From positions 3,913,749 through 3,977,748 of the forward strand of contig MU061579.1 of assembly GCA_013265495.1 (NCBI GenBank): a DNA stretch of 64,000 nt, in the 5' to 3' direction. The notes beneath the pieces are model-generated. The model saw nothing but the letters and a program-made list of their open reading frames with translations. It was not told the DNA's origin and made no database searches. Shown one piece after another: positions 28,269 through 41,133 of the stretch; the stretch's first letter is position 1; every line of letters starts with the position of its first letter. This stretch comes from Vicugna vicugna. Its lineage: Eukaryota. A program made the position numbers and the translations under genes.

Positions 28269-28495
28269 CTGTACATATTCAATTACAGCATGTTGACTCT
28301 TCATTTGAGCCCTCCCTCAGCATCAGATAGAGTGTGATTTTAAATCAGAAGGTCAAAGAGCAAAATTTTTCAATTACACAAAGCATATTCCCTGCATTAA
28401 CACCAAAGGGAGATATAAAATCAGACTTATCAAAAGAGGCATACTTTCTAAAACTATAGAAGTTATATGCTGGCTTCATAATAATTTCTAGTTTT
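28269..28495 (-). pseudogene. Relic exon F
   Basis: ttctttatag|A...ACAG|gtctga. KLE~KME, YASFDKSDFI~YPSDKVNVL, IEKFCSLTF*FKITLYL~VDDFDKVVTDYKKNLDL. Two TGA stops. Confidence 0.62.
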
Positions 28496-28863
28496 CTATA
28501 AAGAATAATTTTGGAAATACAGGAATACAGTTTCACTCTGTATCCAACAGTGGGGAGAAAAACAAAACGAAGTCTTACAAATGTAAAATACTCTCACCAT
28601 TTTGTATCAACAGTCCCATCATCAGTTATTAAATTTTTACTACAGCTAGTCTGCATTGATTCCTTTCTTCTTAAAACTCATTCAAATCCTCCCAGGTGTC
28701 AGGTTTATACAATTACAAAGGATACAAAAATTAGAAAAATAGGATCTTGGCCCTTAAGAAGTCTATAGTACGGCAGGGGAGAAAAATTTATAAACCAACA
28801 CTCCTAACAAATTATTATGAAGTTCCAAGAGTCTACAGTAACCAATTTTAGGAAAACACAAAC

Positions 28864-29250
28864 TTTATCAAGCTGAAACTGATTTAATTTAAATTTCATT
28901 CTACTCAGGACTCCAATTTCAATATTTAATTCAATTTCCATACTGTGTATATGACATTGTATATTTTTTAAGCCAGTCAGAGGTATAAATTTTCTCTCTT
29001 TTTTTGCCCATGTAAAGTGTTGTATATTTTCAGAATATTTCAAGGGAGAAATTAACTCATTTCTGTCTTCCATAACAAAGCTGTAGCTAATAAAGTTGTT
29101 TGCTCTTGCAATTCCAGTTTCTATAGAAAGTTTAGTAAAGTTCTCCTTTATTTGTGAAATGGTCTTGTAACTATGTATATGAAAAAGCATTAGTTTAACC
29201 AAGTGCCTACAAGATTTGCACATTAATTCTGAACTCAAGCAATGCATAGT
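28864..29250 (-). pseudogene. Relic exon E (fully open, 129 codons)
   Basis: Strong acceptor ttttcactttctttttgatgtgctctcatttgtag|ACT ATG; ends AAA|gtttgt. YSFVMEDRNEL~YCAMRDEINEL, FTWAKKERK~FNYTKKNEK, LKNIQCHI~LKALKYQI. Overlaps the 147-aa ORF 28804..29247. Confidence 0.72.
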
Positions 29251-30612
29251 CTACAAATGAGAGCACATCAAAAAGAAAGTGAAAACAACAAAAATCTATA
29301 CTCAAGGCAAAGAGAAATTTTTACCCTCAGATAAAAGATAAACATACATAAGTGAGAAAGTATAATATAGACATATCATACTCATTTTACTGAAGTTAGG
29401 AAGAATTTTCCAAAGCAGACACTCATTGACTTGGGCATAGTCTTTCCATGATGAACTGTTGACTAGGACTACTACTGAATTGAGGTCAATTTATCAAAAT
29501 TTTGTATTAGCCCTCTTGCACTGAGAAAGTTGATTAACAACTGAAAACAACATTTCTCTTGCTTTGTTGTAGGAATAATTCATCTACAACTGAATTGTTT
29601 TAAATTCAAATGAAATAATGTACGTGAAGCAATTATATGTTTATTTTTTAATCCCACATCTTTTGAAATGACTTTTTTCTTTTTTTTCAAAATCAAAACA
29701 ATATATATTTTACATCCTGCATTTTCATTATGCTATAAATGTTCCATAAGATTTTTCTAGCTGCATGGTATTTCATATTATGGTTCATATTCCTTTGTTT
29801 ATTCCAATATTGCTAATGTTTATATTGTTTCCAATTGTCCAATTTACATATAATGTTCTTTGTGTTCATAAACTCTGTTCATTTTAAAGTTTTTTCTTTC
29901 AAAAATTACTGGAAGAATTACTAAATAATGAAATTATTTTTATATTTTTGATACAGATTTACAAGTGTACCCTCATATACTTAACTCCAAAACTAATGCT
30001 CTTTCCACAACGTAAACATCTCTATATTTTTACTGCACTCTAACGTACTTGAAAGACTCTGAGTGAAGTAATAGGCATGTTCTTAAAAACATTACATATA
30101 AAATACAGATGGATTTATATAACTTTCTCCTTAAGCAATAACTGACAAGTCAAGCACATACTCTGAAAGTGTTTTTTAGTTAATTGTCAACTAGAAATGT
30201 TATAAGGATAACAACCAAGTACGTGTACCTCCTAGAGTCAACCTTGAAATGGGGTAGAACTTAGATTATTTAGAAGAATACGTAGAAAACATGTCCTTTC
30301 AGCTAGCTTTCTAAAGTTCACTTACTTTAGGTAGGCTTTTTAGGATGAGGATAGCAAATAGCTTTTGGTTTTATTCTGGGATAAGTGCCTGAGGAATGAT
30401 GTTTTATGTTTCTAAAGTATTTTATATTTCTACACGTAGAATGATGCCTGGTTTATAAAAGGCACTTAAAAATATCTGTTAAATACAGGATAAATAAGAA
30501 AAGATGTACACACTTTGGAAACCAGACAAAGCAATGATATTACTTTAATAACTTGAAGGTCTAAAGAGTAACTGGCCTGACAGAACATCAGCCCACTAGA
30601 AGTCAGTGAAGG

Positions 30613-30977
30613 TGCTATGGCCTGGATGTTTGTATCCCTCTCAAAATCATCTGTTGAAACCCTAACCCACAATGTGGTGATATTCAGAGGTGATGCCTTT
30701 GGGAGGTAGTTAGTAATGAGAGTGAAGTCCTGAAGAATGAGATTAGTGCTCTTATAGAAAGAGAAAAGAAAAAGTTCATTTTCTCTCTGTTCTCTCTGCC
30801 TATGTGGGAATACAACATGAAAACAGCTATCTGCAAACCAGGAAGCAGACACTCACCAGATATCAGATCTGCTAGCATCTTGATCAGCCTCCCAGCCTCC
30901 AAAAGAATGAGAAATAAATGACTGTTGTTTATAACATGCGGTCAATGGTATTTTGTTATAGCAGCTGGAGTAAGACA
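30613..30977 (+). mobile_element. MaLR LTR (MLT1A-like)
   Basis: tgctatggcctggatgtttgtatccc...gcctttgggaggt...ggtattttgttatagcagc...taagaca. Confidence 0.85.
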
Positions 30978-31149
30978 GGTTTATGTGCCACCTGTGTACA
31001 TAGCAAGCACTTATCCAGATACATGCTTTAATTAAATATCAAACAATTTCTATAACTTTGGACAATAACAGATAAGAAAACAAGCTTGGATTTGTGCCCT
31101 GCTTGCTAATGGAATTTATTCTCACAGAGAGGTCACAAGACATTTAGTC

Positions 31150-31370
31150 ATAGCATGTACAGCATAGTGGTAAAACCATGGACTGCAAAGCCTGACTGTC
31201 CAGCTTCAAGTCTTTTCTCTACATCCTAGCAACTGTATAATCTTGGGCAAGTTACTTCAATTTATTCACTTGTGAAATGGGAACATTGTGAGAATTACAT
31301 ACAGTTATATATGTCAAATATTCAGAACGGTGTTTGAGCATGTTTGTTGGTAATATGCACTTCCTACCCT
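31150..31370 (+). mobile_element. MIR SINE
   Basis: atcttgggcaagttactt...tgtgaaatgggaac...ttgtgagaatta. Confidence 0.7.
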
Positions 31371-32114
31371 TATTAGTTTTCCATGTGACTCAATACGTTT
31401 CTAAACCACTTGTACACTTTATATGCTAAGAGCAATGCAGTAGAAAATTTGACATAAAATTGGATCATTCACAGTAGCAAGCAAAAGATAAACTGGAATA
31501 AACTTCAAAATAAATGTACATGAGTTCTATTATTGAAGACAAAAATGCCTCAAACATTGTTTTATAATTCTGTCCTGTATTAAGCATAGCCATGAACAAG
31601 ACATATAAACATCCTTGCCCTCATGAGTCTTACGTTCTGGTAGAGGGAAATATAAATTAAACATTTAAATAAAAATATACATGGATAATAGGTAGTGTGT
31701 TCATCAGGAATCTCTAGAGAAACAAAACCAATAAGATATATAAATATGGAAAGAAAGAGAGAGAAGAAGAGATTGGTCAGTCATCTTTTGAGACTCTCTC
31801 AGCTGTGCTTAGATCTCAAGCCCTTCTGAAAGGAGGCTCCTGATACTACATTCACAACTTACGAAGACAGAGCTAATCTAAATTTGACTATAGTTTCAAC
31901 AAATCCTAAAACCAGCTCAACTACACATGAGATTGATTTGGGTCCTACTTTAGAGGGCCGACAGAGACAAGGTTATGTGTCTGCTAATGATAAACATTAT
32001 TTACTTCACTATTATCTTTTATACCCAATATCTAGCATGCAATCAAGAACTGTGAACCAGGTGAAGCAGAAAATGCAACCCTCAAATCACAAGGGACCAA
32101 GATAATAAAATATC

Positions 32115-32660
32115 TCTGATAGTGATTATCCACCACCTGAAAACAACATTTATTATCTCAGTTTGTATGGATTAGGAATACAACTGTGACTTAGCCTCAA
32201 GCTGTCTCACAAGGCTGCCATCAAGGTGTCAGCTGGATCTGTGGTCTTACCTGAAGGCTCCCTTAGGGGAGGATCTGCTTGCAGGCTCCTACGTGGTTGT
32301 AGGCAGGATTCAGTTCTCTGTGGGCTGATGGATTGTTGTCTTCAGTTCCTCAAGGACTGTGAATGAAAGGTCCCCATCATTTCTTTGCCTGGTAGACCTC
32401 TCCACTGGGCAGCTCATACATGGCAGTTGGCTGAGAGAAAGAGAGAGAATGAGAAAAGAATAAGAGTGAGAACCCAAGACAGAAGACAGATTTTTTTAAA
32501 ACTGTAACATGATCATGAAAGTGGCATGTTTTGCCATGATCTGTTCATTAGGAATGAGTTGCTAGGCCCAGGCAACACTCAAGGAGAACTGATTATCCAA
32601 CAGGGTAAATACTGGGAGGTGGAGATATTTAGAAAACATAATAGATCCATACTATTGTAG
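32115..32660 (-). mobile_element. MaLR LTR (MLT1-like)
   Basis: aaacaacatttattatctcagttt...ggttgtaggcaggattcagttc...cactcaaggaga. Confidence 0.65.
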
Positions 32661-33820
32661 AATGACAGAAGAATAAACATATTAATTTTCACTAAACTGT
32701 TCTCTTCAGTGCTTGGGAGAGAGCTAAACTTACAAACTCATAAATATTCAAAATGGCACAGAGAAGTGAAAACAAAAATCACTAAATCCACGCACCATGC
32801 CATGCTCTATAATCCTGGGAACTCTCTGCAGTCACTCATTTAAAGCCAATTATGTTTTATGTTTTATTTTCCAAATTCAAAGTCCTTTGGAGAGAAGAGA
32901 CTAGAAATTAGCATGCAGTATTGTATTTGAAAGAGGAAGAAAAACAGGAAAAATTTGTAAAAGCACTTAGAAGCAGGCTGTTTGGGAACGCTTAGTATAA
33001 AATCCATTTATTGAAATGTATATTCCAATTGCTACTATGGAGTCTATTAAATTTTCATCTGGAATTGTTAAAGTATTTTTTATATAAAATAATCATTAAT
33101 AGAGGTAAGGTTTTTATCTGGAAAGCCTTTTTACTAACGCTCATTTTCAGACAATCCTCAATTAATTAGTACTGCTCCCTCTTTCTAAAGTAAGGTCAAT
33201 ACTTTTTCATCAATATATCTTCATTTGGCACTAAGTTTGGTCATCTAAACAGGTTTCATTAGTTATTTTTCTTTACTACCACTTGTCCAACATGAAAATT
33301 CCTCAAAATAGCTCATCAACCCTTATGATTTCATCACCATCTAATCAAATTAAATCGCTGATTATAATAGCAATTACTAATAGTTTATCTCTATTACTGT
33401 CTATAAACAGCTCCAAGCACTAACAGAAAAAAGAATTACCACCTACCATGCAAATCTAGTAAATGGCAATGTGTGTCTGTTTTTCAACGGTCAAGCAATT
33501 AAATATTCATAAATAACTTTTCTTTTAGCAGGAGGACAAAATCTGAGATTTGGGCATTTTACTTCATGCTAAATATGATGCCATAATGATATAATTGAGG
33601 CAAAATAATTTAAAGTGATATAGACTTTAAATTTTTGTGAACTTTAACAGATAGAATCAATTCCCAGAAGTCTTTAAAATCTGATTCAAGAGCTTCTATT
33701 ACAGGAATGTTCTAATTTATATATGCTGGAAAATAGCAGGGCAAAGAGTAGCAATTGGAAATTATAAATTACCCTTTTTTATGATATGATTAAAAGTTCA
33801 CAATTTAAGGGAAAATGTTA

Positions 33821-34435
33821 TTTTTTTTACAGGTTTATTGAGGAATAATTGACAAATAAAATTGTATATATTTAAAATGTACAACATGATGATTGGACAT
33901 ATGCATACACTGTGAAATGATAACAACAATCAAGTTAATTAACACACCCAAAACCTCACATAGTTGACTTTTGTGTGTGTATGATAAGAACTGTTAAGAT
34001 GCACTCTCAGCAAATTTCAAGTATTTAATATAGTATTAGCCATGGTGTACATTAAATACTGAGAACTTACTGATCCAAAAACAAATTCAGTAAAGTTGCA
34101 GGATACAAAATCAAAATACAAAAGTCAGTTGTGTTTCTATACACTAACAACACACTTTCTGAAAAGAGAAATTAATAAAATAATCGTATTTACAATAGCA
34201 TCAAAGACAAAATACTTAGGAATAAATTTAACCAGAGAGGGGAAAGACCTGTACACTGTAAACTATTAAGATGTTGAGGAAACAATGGAAGATGACACAA
34301 ATAAAAGGAAAGTTATCCCATAATCTTGGATAGGAAGAATTAATATTGTTAAAATGTTCATACTACCGAATGCAATGAAATCCTTAACAAAATTTCAATA
34401 AATTTTTTTAGATTAAAAACATAACTAAAATTTAT
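33821..34435 (-). mobile_element. L1MA-type insertion with inverted ORF2 segment
   Basis: Antisense 3' UTR at 33821-34070 abuts a sense ORF2 piece at 34071-34435; the flanks resemble each other (aagggaaaatgtta / aaggaagatgcta). Confidence 0.75.
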
Positions 34436-35079
34436 AAGGAAGATGCTACTTTGTTATATAGAGCATCTGCCTAATTCAGTCTTGCTAATTACTGAAATAA
34501 CAGAAAACCTCCTACCTCAAATGAAAATCCAGTTATAAGCAAACTGAATCTTTTGTTAGTCAAATAAGGATGATGACAAAAGGCAAGTCTAAAATGGTGT
34601 CTTGTTAGCAAAAGTGACAGCACAGGATTTCTTGCTGTAGTTTAGTCAGACGTTCTTAGTATGCAACACTGGAAGCATAGAGTCTTTGGGTTGGTTGATG
34701 GCCTCAGGATTAAGGGAAAACATTCAATGCTGGAATCGAATTTTGCTGAGACAAGGAGTATACAATTAGTGGCTGCAACTCACATAAAGGCTAAGAGCAG
34801 CACAGTGATTTTATGTGGTCAAACGCTTCAAAGTTACAAGACCACGCTGGCGAACTCGCGCCAGATAAACATTTTCCAGATTCCATATGTTCTGCCTTGG
34901 AAAGCCAGTTTTAGTGATGGATTTTCTACAACTGCATATAAAAGCAAAAAGTGATGGCAAAAATACCATCCTAGCTAGCAAATGGTGTCAAAAGTATTAG
35001 ACTGTCTAATGCAGCATGACCAGAAAATTTTATTTCTCTATTTATTTCCCTATCTATTTAAATTTTTAACCATTATGGT

Positions 35080-35610
35080 CGCCAGGGAAGTCCTGGGTTT
35101 GGTCCAGGGTGGGCTGAAGGCAGGATTTCCCAGGAAGGAAAACGGCATAGCGGGAAGCCCCAAGGGCGCTATGTTACCTCAGGTGTGTCGGAGAGTCAGC
35201 GCGGATGCAGCTGCAGGAACAGGGAGAGGACGGGCCAGGAAGTACCACTGCTCCGAGAGGCTTCCAGAATAGCTGAATCTGGCCTGAGGCGCTGCTGACG
35301 CGAGAGGAAGCGCGATCTCGCGGAATTTCAAGAGCTCTCAAAGGGCGGGCAGGGGGAATGCTGGGAAGAGGAGCCCGAGGCTGAGGCAGCGGCAGCCGCG
35401 GCGGCTGGGGGTTCTAGAGTCCTCTCAGTAGTGTGGTTCACGCCACCTATCAAGCAGAATGCTAAACCTCCTCAGTGCCACCACCCCACTTTCTGTGCCC
35501 AGAGTCGCAGGGGAGCATCACATCGCCCCGGAGGCCTGGCCTGCGGAGGGAGGCGGCTTTGGCCTGAAGGCTGTGCCGGGGCGCGACGTCTTGAACCTGA
35601 AGGCGAGTGA
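35080..35610. promoter_or_regulatory. CpG island / candidate bidirectional promoter
   Basis: Only CpG-dense, GC-rich non-repeat stretch in the window. GC box gggcgggc at ~35343; CGCG motifs (cgcgaga, tctcgcg) at 35299-35322. Minus donor GAG|gtaaca at 35178/35177; plus donors AAG|gcgagt at 35603 or CGA|gtgagc at 35607. Confidence 0.75.
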
Positions 35611-36118
35611 GCATTTATGATTTTAGCTGCATTATTGGTACATTTCTGATAACCTTTTACAATTTTGAATAATTTTGATTTTAAGAATTACTATGTCAAG
35701 TAATTTAAAAGAATTTAAAAAGTTAATCGATAATTACTGTGAGTAAATTCCCAGAGTAATATTGTTTGGTATGGTTCTAAGACACAATCTAACAATATAA
35801 AATTGGGAAGGGGGTGTCAAGGAGTCTTGCTTTTCTGAAAAACTTTAATAGTTACTCTCTAGGCACAAGTCAGGTTTGTGTATGGTAAGTAAGTGAAGTC
35901 GTAACAGTCTAAAGAGATAGGTAACTGTTAAATTTAGATGTCATTTAATGTGGCAGGAGTGTTTGTTCCGTTGATTTCTTTCTTGGGGAGGGAAAAATTC
36001 CCTGAGTAGGAATGGAGAATATCTAAGAAAAATAAATGTACTGATGCCAAAAGGAGAGCTCTGATACGTGTTCCCAACATTTCTGTGTCTTTACCGCCTG
36101 TGAGCATCCCAGTAATTA

Positions 36119-36642
36119 TGTTACCGGGAAAGGGGAAATAAGAATTACCTCGGTTCTTAGTCACCCGGAAAAAAAAGAATTTTTGAGGAGAAACAGAAAG
36201 CGTGATATAAGCAAGACTTTTATTAGTGAAGTAAAAAAAAAAATAGTAAAAGATAGTACACTCCTGAGAATTGGGAGCAGGCCAATCCAAGAGAGGAATG
36301 AATGGCACTGTTCCTTTTTATTTTTTTCCAGTTTTTATATTCTGGTTTCCTGATTGATAGGTTGATGATTAGTTGATTGACTGACAACTCAGGTTCCCTG
36401 TGCCCTACACTCCCATCCCCTTTTGGGCAGGTACATTGGGTCAAGTTATACCAGGTCCCCTTCCCATGCACAGCTGCAGCGCTTTGACCTTAACTGGCTT
36501 CTTTTACTGGCCCTTATTTAGAGAACGTAGAAATTTCTGGAGTCCCTTTTCCTGAATGCAGACACACTGCCATTTTCTGGGTTGTTCCTTTCCATTTCCT
36601 CTCCCCCTGCCTAGTGCTCATTTCTATCTAAACTTCCTAACA
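36119..36642 (-). mobile_element. ERV1-type solo LTR with ATTA TSD
   Basis: atta|tgttacc...cctaaca|atta; antisense AATAAA (tttatt). Confidence 0.85.
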
Positions 36643-37186
36643 ATTATTTTTTGCAAATACATTTTGCTATTTCTTGTTCAATTTTATTGTGACTAAATGT
36701 TAGCCTTTATAATGTGAGACTCTTTGATTTACCGGAAGTGTCCAGTGGAAGGTAAATGATTTTCTGAAGTGTTTAGGGATATAGAGATGAGATTTTTTTA
36801 TTCAGAGAAACTAAGAATATTACAGTATTTAAAGGACCTCTGTTCAACAAGTTTAAGGCATGAGAATTCAGTTATCAACAATCTAATATACTGTAAAAAC
36901 AGCAAAATGGAAAGAAAAGGTTAACGTGCTAAAAGAAAGAATATGCTAATCTGTGGCCTAGGTAGTCTTGCTGCAAAGATCTTGAGCTCTCTAATTTGTG
37001 CTGTCATTGGCTTCATACAAAGGTCTTGGTTTAGCAATGTTCTGACAATATTCTGATACCAAAGTATTTTTTAAGTAGCCTCAATTTGAGGTGTGTAGTT
37101 GGAATGCTCTTTTAATCATTTTTAAATGATTTGTGTTTCTGTAATTTACAAACATGGATCTTAGGAGCCACCTCTTGGAATGTTAC

Positions 37187-37407
37187 TGCTGAGCTATTTG
37201 CTCACAGTAACCTAGAAGACTCTTTACATTGAGATTCATTGGTTGGCATCCTGTAATGTCTCTCCCAGAAATCCAAGCCTTCAGGCTTTTGGTCATCAAA
37301 GGTCTTTTGGGAAGAATGTTGAAAATAGACTATACTTTTTAATGTCAAGACTGAGTATATATACTTCACGATTCCCTTGACCATATGTATTTGCAACCCA
37401 GCAAGTT
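37187..37407 (-). pseudogene. Relic exon D
   Basis: atttctgtcctag|AA...GCA|gtaaca, 221 nt, phase 1 to 0, compatible with exons C and E. Gapless LAGLQIHMVK...LKSIVYFQHSSQKTFDDQKPEGLDFWE~LKDLIHFHQK...LYKVVQFHQVKEELGRLIKSRELEFVE. One TGA. Confidence 0.7.
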
Positions 37408-40400
37408 CTAGGACAGAAATGATATTCCTAAATGCAAGTTTGGCTAGTTACTAATTCATACAGCAAAAAGTGATAGAATTGTTTCCTTTGTTTACTATTA
37501 GCTTTTCCTATAATATGAAAGGTTATAATCTTTTTATGTGTAATTTGTCCAAATAGCAAAGATTGGATATCTTTATGTCTTTGATACTTATGGCCTTAAT
37601 TAAGAAAACAAAGATTCCTTACTTATGAAAGAACTCATGTCTTTACAACTATGTTTCCTTCTATGTTCATTTTTAAGTGTTTTGTAGACATTTACATTAA
37701 ATAGGTAACCACGTATTGTTTCTCAAGCACTCACAATTTATATTAATCAAATATTCAGATAACAACATGTTGCTTTCTGCTTCCCCAAATTGGGTCCTAA
37801 TTATTTCAATTCAATTCAGTTCCATTAAAATTGGAGGATGTGTTTTGCACAGGTGACAAAAATTAATCATTTGATCTAAGAAAGAAATGGGAAATTTTAT
37901 TTGAGCCAAATAGAGGCTGTTCCTGGATTATAATCCTTGCAGAAAGCTCTGAGAACTGTTCTACCTGTTTGAGGTCAAGGCACACTTGTATAGATTTTTG
38001 AGACAGAAGGCTGGACATTTAATGACATAGATAGTTTGCACAATCCAGATCTGTAAGTACAAAATGGTGGGTTATCGTGACCCCTTAGAAGATCAAGAAG
38101 GAATGTTACCTTTTAAGGAGTTGTCTTGTTGATGATAGGAGAATGTTGCTCTTTATGGTTGAGCTGGTATTTCTGATGGGGAGGTTTGGTTGATGCATAA
38201 TGCAGATACACAATGCACAGTTGGGTGGTGGGTGGTGGGTGTGGGGTGGGAAGAAGAGGACAAAGTGCAGAGAAAATTTTTTATGTTTAAATTTTCCTTT
38301 ACTTGCCTTAGAATATAAATTTTTATTTCATCAGCACCTAATACTATCTTTGAGATATTTCAGATAACCTCCAGAAATTTGCAAAGATTTATTCTTTAGC
38401 CTTAAAAAATAAAGGTGCTATCAATAATTAGGTTTATTTGATATATTTCTGCTGATGAGTTGTATGGAAAGAGTTGACAATGCAGAAGAAATGCTCAGGG
38501 CCTCCCCTAGGTTAAATTTATAGAGGTAATATATAATTAAAATAAATATTTCAGAAATTATATGGTTTATGAAGTTTTTGGTGATTTGTCAATTCCCTCA
38601 TTTTTCATAATATGTTCTGAACTCAAAAAAAGCACCAAAATAATATTTTGTGGAGCTTGTCTATATTTATCAGACTCCTGGTGAGGTCTGGTGTGATGAT
38701 TTTAGGCAACAACAGTGCAGTGTTATCAGTCAAGTATATTGTAAGGGAGGAAAAGTTTTCCTCAACCATCTTAGAGTCCCTGTGTGGTCTGAAAACTCAA
38801 CTGACATAGATAGATTAACAGGGCACAGCATACAGATTTCATTAAAGTTTTATGTGTACACAGTAGACTTCACAAGAGAATCAAGGCCCAGAGAAGTAAT
38901 GAGGAAGGTCAGGAAGCAGGACATTTTTATATTTCTTAGACAACAAAACTATAAATTTGTAATAATTTGGCAAGACAGAAAGATTTGTGCTAAGAGTAAT
39001 AAATGGTGAAGAAGTAACTAGGAGGTAAGGATTAGATTAACAAGGTTTGATTATACATATTTCTTGGCCCCAAATTCCTTTGTGATAAGAAGTCTTCCTT
39101 TCTTCTGGTACAGGGAAGGTACCTTTCTTATCTTCTACTTTTAGGAAAGAAGGGGATGGGTGGAAATCAGAGTGACTTTCCTGCTTCTTTGGTTTCTCAA
39201 ACTCCTTCAGCTTAAGATATTCAATATATCAGGACACCATATTTTGGGATAGCATATCCAGTAACCCATCGATATGTTAATAAGTGTTAATTTAGTGGTG
39301 GCTTTACTCATAATTTGAAACTAGCATCCTCTAGGCAAGTGGTTCTCATCAGACTTGAGCAGTTTTATACAATAAAGCTGTCTTAATCTTGTTATCTGAT
39401 ATTTTTGATACATTTTAAACTATATGGTTGCTGTATTCATGGTATAATATCTGTATTTTTATTCATTATTGTTACATATCTTATTATGATCTTGTTTTAT
39501 CTAAAACTTATGTTTGTTCTATTTAAAAATTAGATGTAGCATTCACAGTCTTATTTGGAAATAGGCTTAACAATTATGCTTACACATATTTTGTGTAGAA
39601 CTTTTTTTTTTTAATTCACCTTACTGTCTTGTTAGCATAACACAGAAACAGCCAAGTGTTTTTGTAAGTGATCTTGCATCATTCTTGTTATGATCTTGAA
39701 GGGTACAAGAATATGCCACCCCAAAATATGCCACTTTGGTGTATTGATTATTTTTAGCTAGAGGCCATTGAAAACCAGTTGACACAGGAAAAGCTCTAAA
39801 AATAAAGCACAAAATTTCCTTTTATAAAAGAAATATATATTTGTAAAAGATGTCTTCAAATCTCAAACTGGGAATAGAGGACTCAGTAACTCATCGATGG
39901 AGAAGGCATTGACATAAATATGCATTGCAAAACTAACCAACATCACCAAACAAGTTTGTTTACCATATTTTTCCTGGTCATCTCTTCATAACTTGCCTTC
40001 ATTTGCCCAGAAGCCCAAAACCCATTTTCCTTTGTTTTTGCCTAACATTCTGCATAAACCCAAGTTCTAATCAGCTCTTGGAGTCTCTGGGTACTCCCAT
40101 AAGTAAGCATGATTCACATGCTGATACACTTCTGTGTGCTTTTCTCTTGCTAATCTGTCTTTAATCAGGCCCACCAGAAATATAGGAGTGTTGTAGGAAA
40201 AATAATTTTTCTCCCCTATAATCTCTTGTCAGAGATTTCAAATTTGGAAATTACTATTAGTTAATTAACAACAGTCATTTGAAATTTCTGTCATCTGTAG
40301 TAGTTTATTCTGATTTCTGCCTAAAGTCTCTCTCAGCAGTTACCTGCCGAAAATCGTGTATTCCTGAAAGACTGGCTTAGAGCCCCATGGAAAAGAACTG

Positions 40401-41133
40401 TACTAGGTACTTCAAAATATTTATACTTCAAAGAATAAACTCTTGGTTTTAGGCTTCTGATGGCATTTTGATACCAGTGGACTGAGTCAGGATTTCCTGA
40501 ATTCTTCCTCTACACCTTTCCAGGTGCCTTCACTGAGACTGTTATCCCAAGATCTAGCAGATTAAAAATGAATTAGAAGTATTGAAGATATAATGTACAT
40601 GATCGCTTTATTTAACACTACTGTATACTATATTTTTGAGTTGCTAAGAGAGTAAATCTTAAGAATTCTCATTCCAAGAAAAACAATTTTTGCAACTCTA
40701 CGAGATAATGGATATTAACTAAAATAATAATAAAGAAGAAAAGAAGAATGAGTTATGTAGGACTGAATGAGCTGACAAGGGAAATATTATTTCTTTGAAA
40801 TACCATTGATGTTGTTTTAATGTTCTGTTTTATGTATAAGGATATCTTTTCTTTTTAATATAACTGTTGCTCATGAAGAGTAGCAGAATATGCCACCCCA
40901 AAATATTCCACTTTGGTATATTAATTATTTGGGGCTGTAGGAACTTGGAAAACAGCAAGGGAGAGGCTTTCTCTGAACTCCTCTTTTCTGCCCCAGGACA
41001 CATCCTCCTAAAGGCACTCAATTGTCATAAATTCTCTCCCCTGGAGTTTCATCAACCAGGGAAGATTGACATTTATCACAGGAAAGGAGACTACAAGTGA
41101 CACCATACCCAGATAAACTTTGTCACAAACTAT

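Noticed and set aside
34661..35272. Plus-strand ORFs of 97 and 96 aa near the CpG island
   Set aside because: No recognisable homology or exon structure; lengths are compatible with chance.
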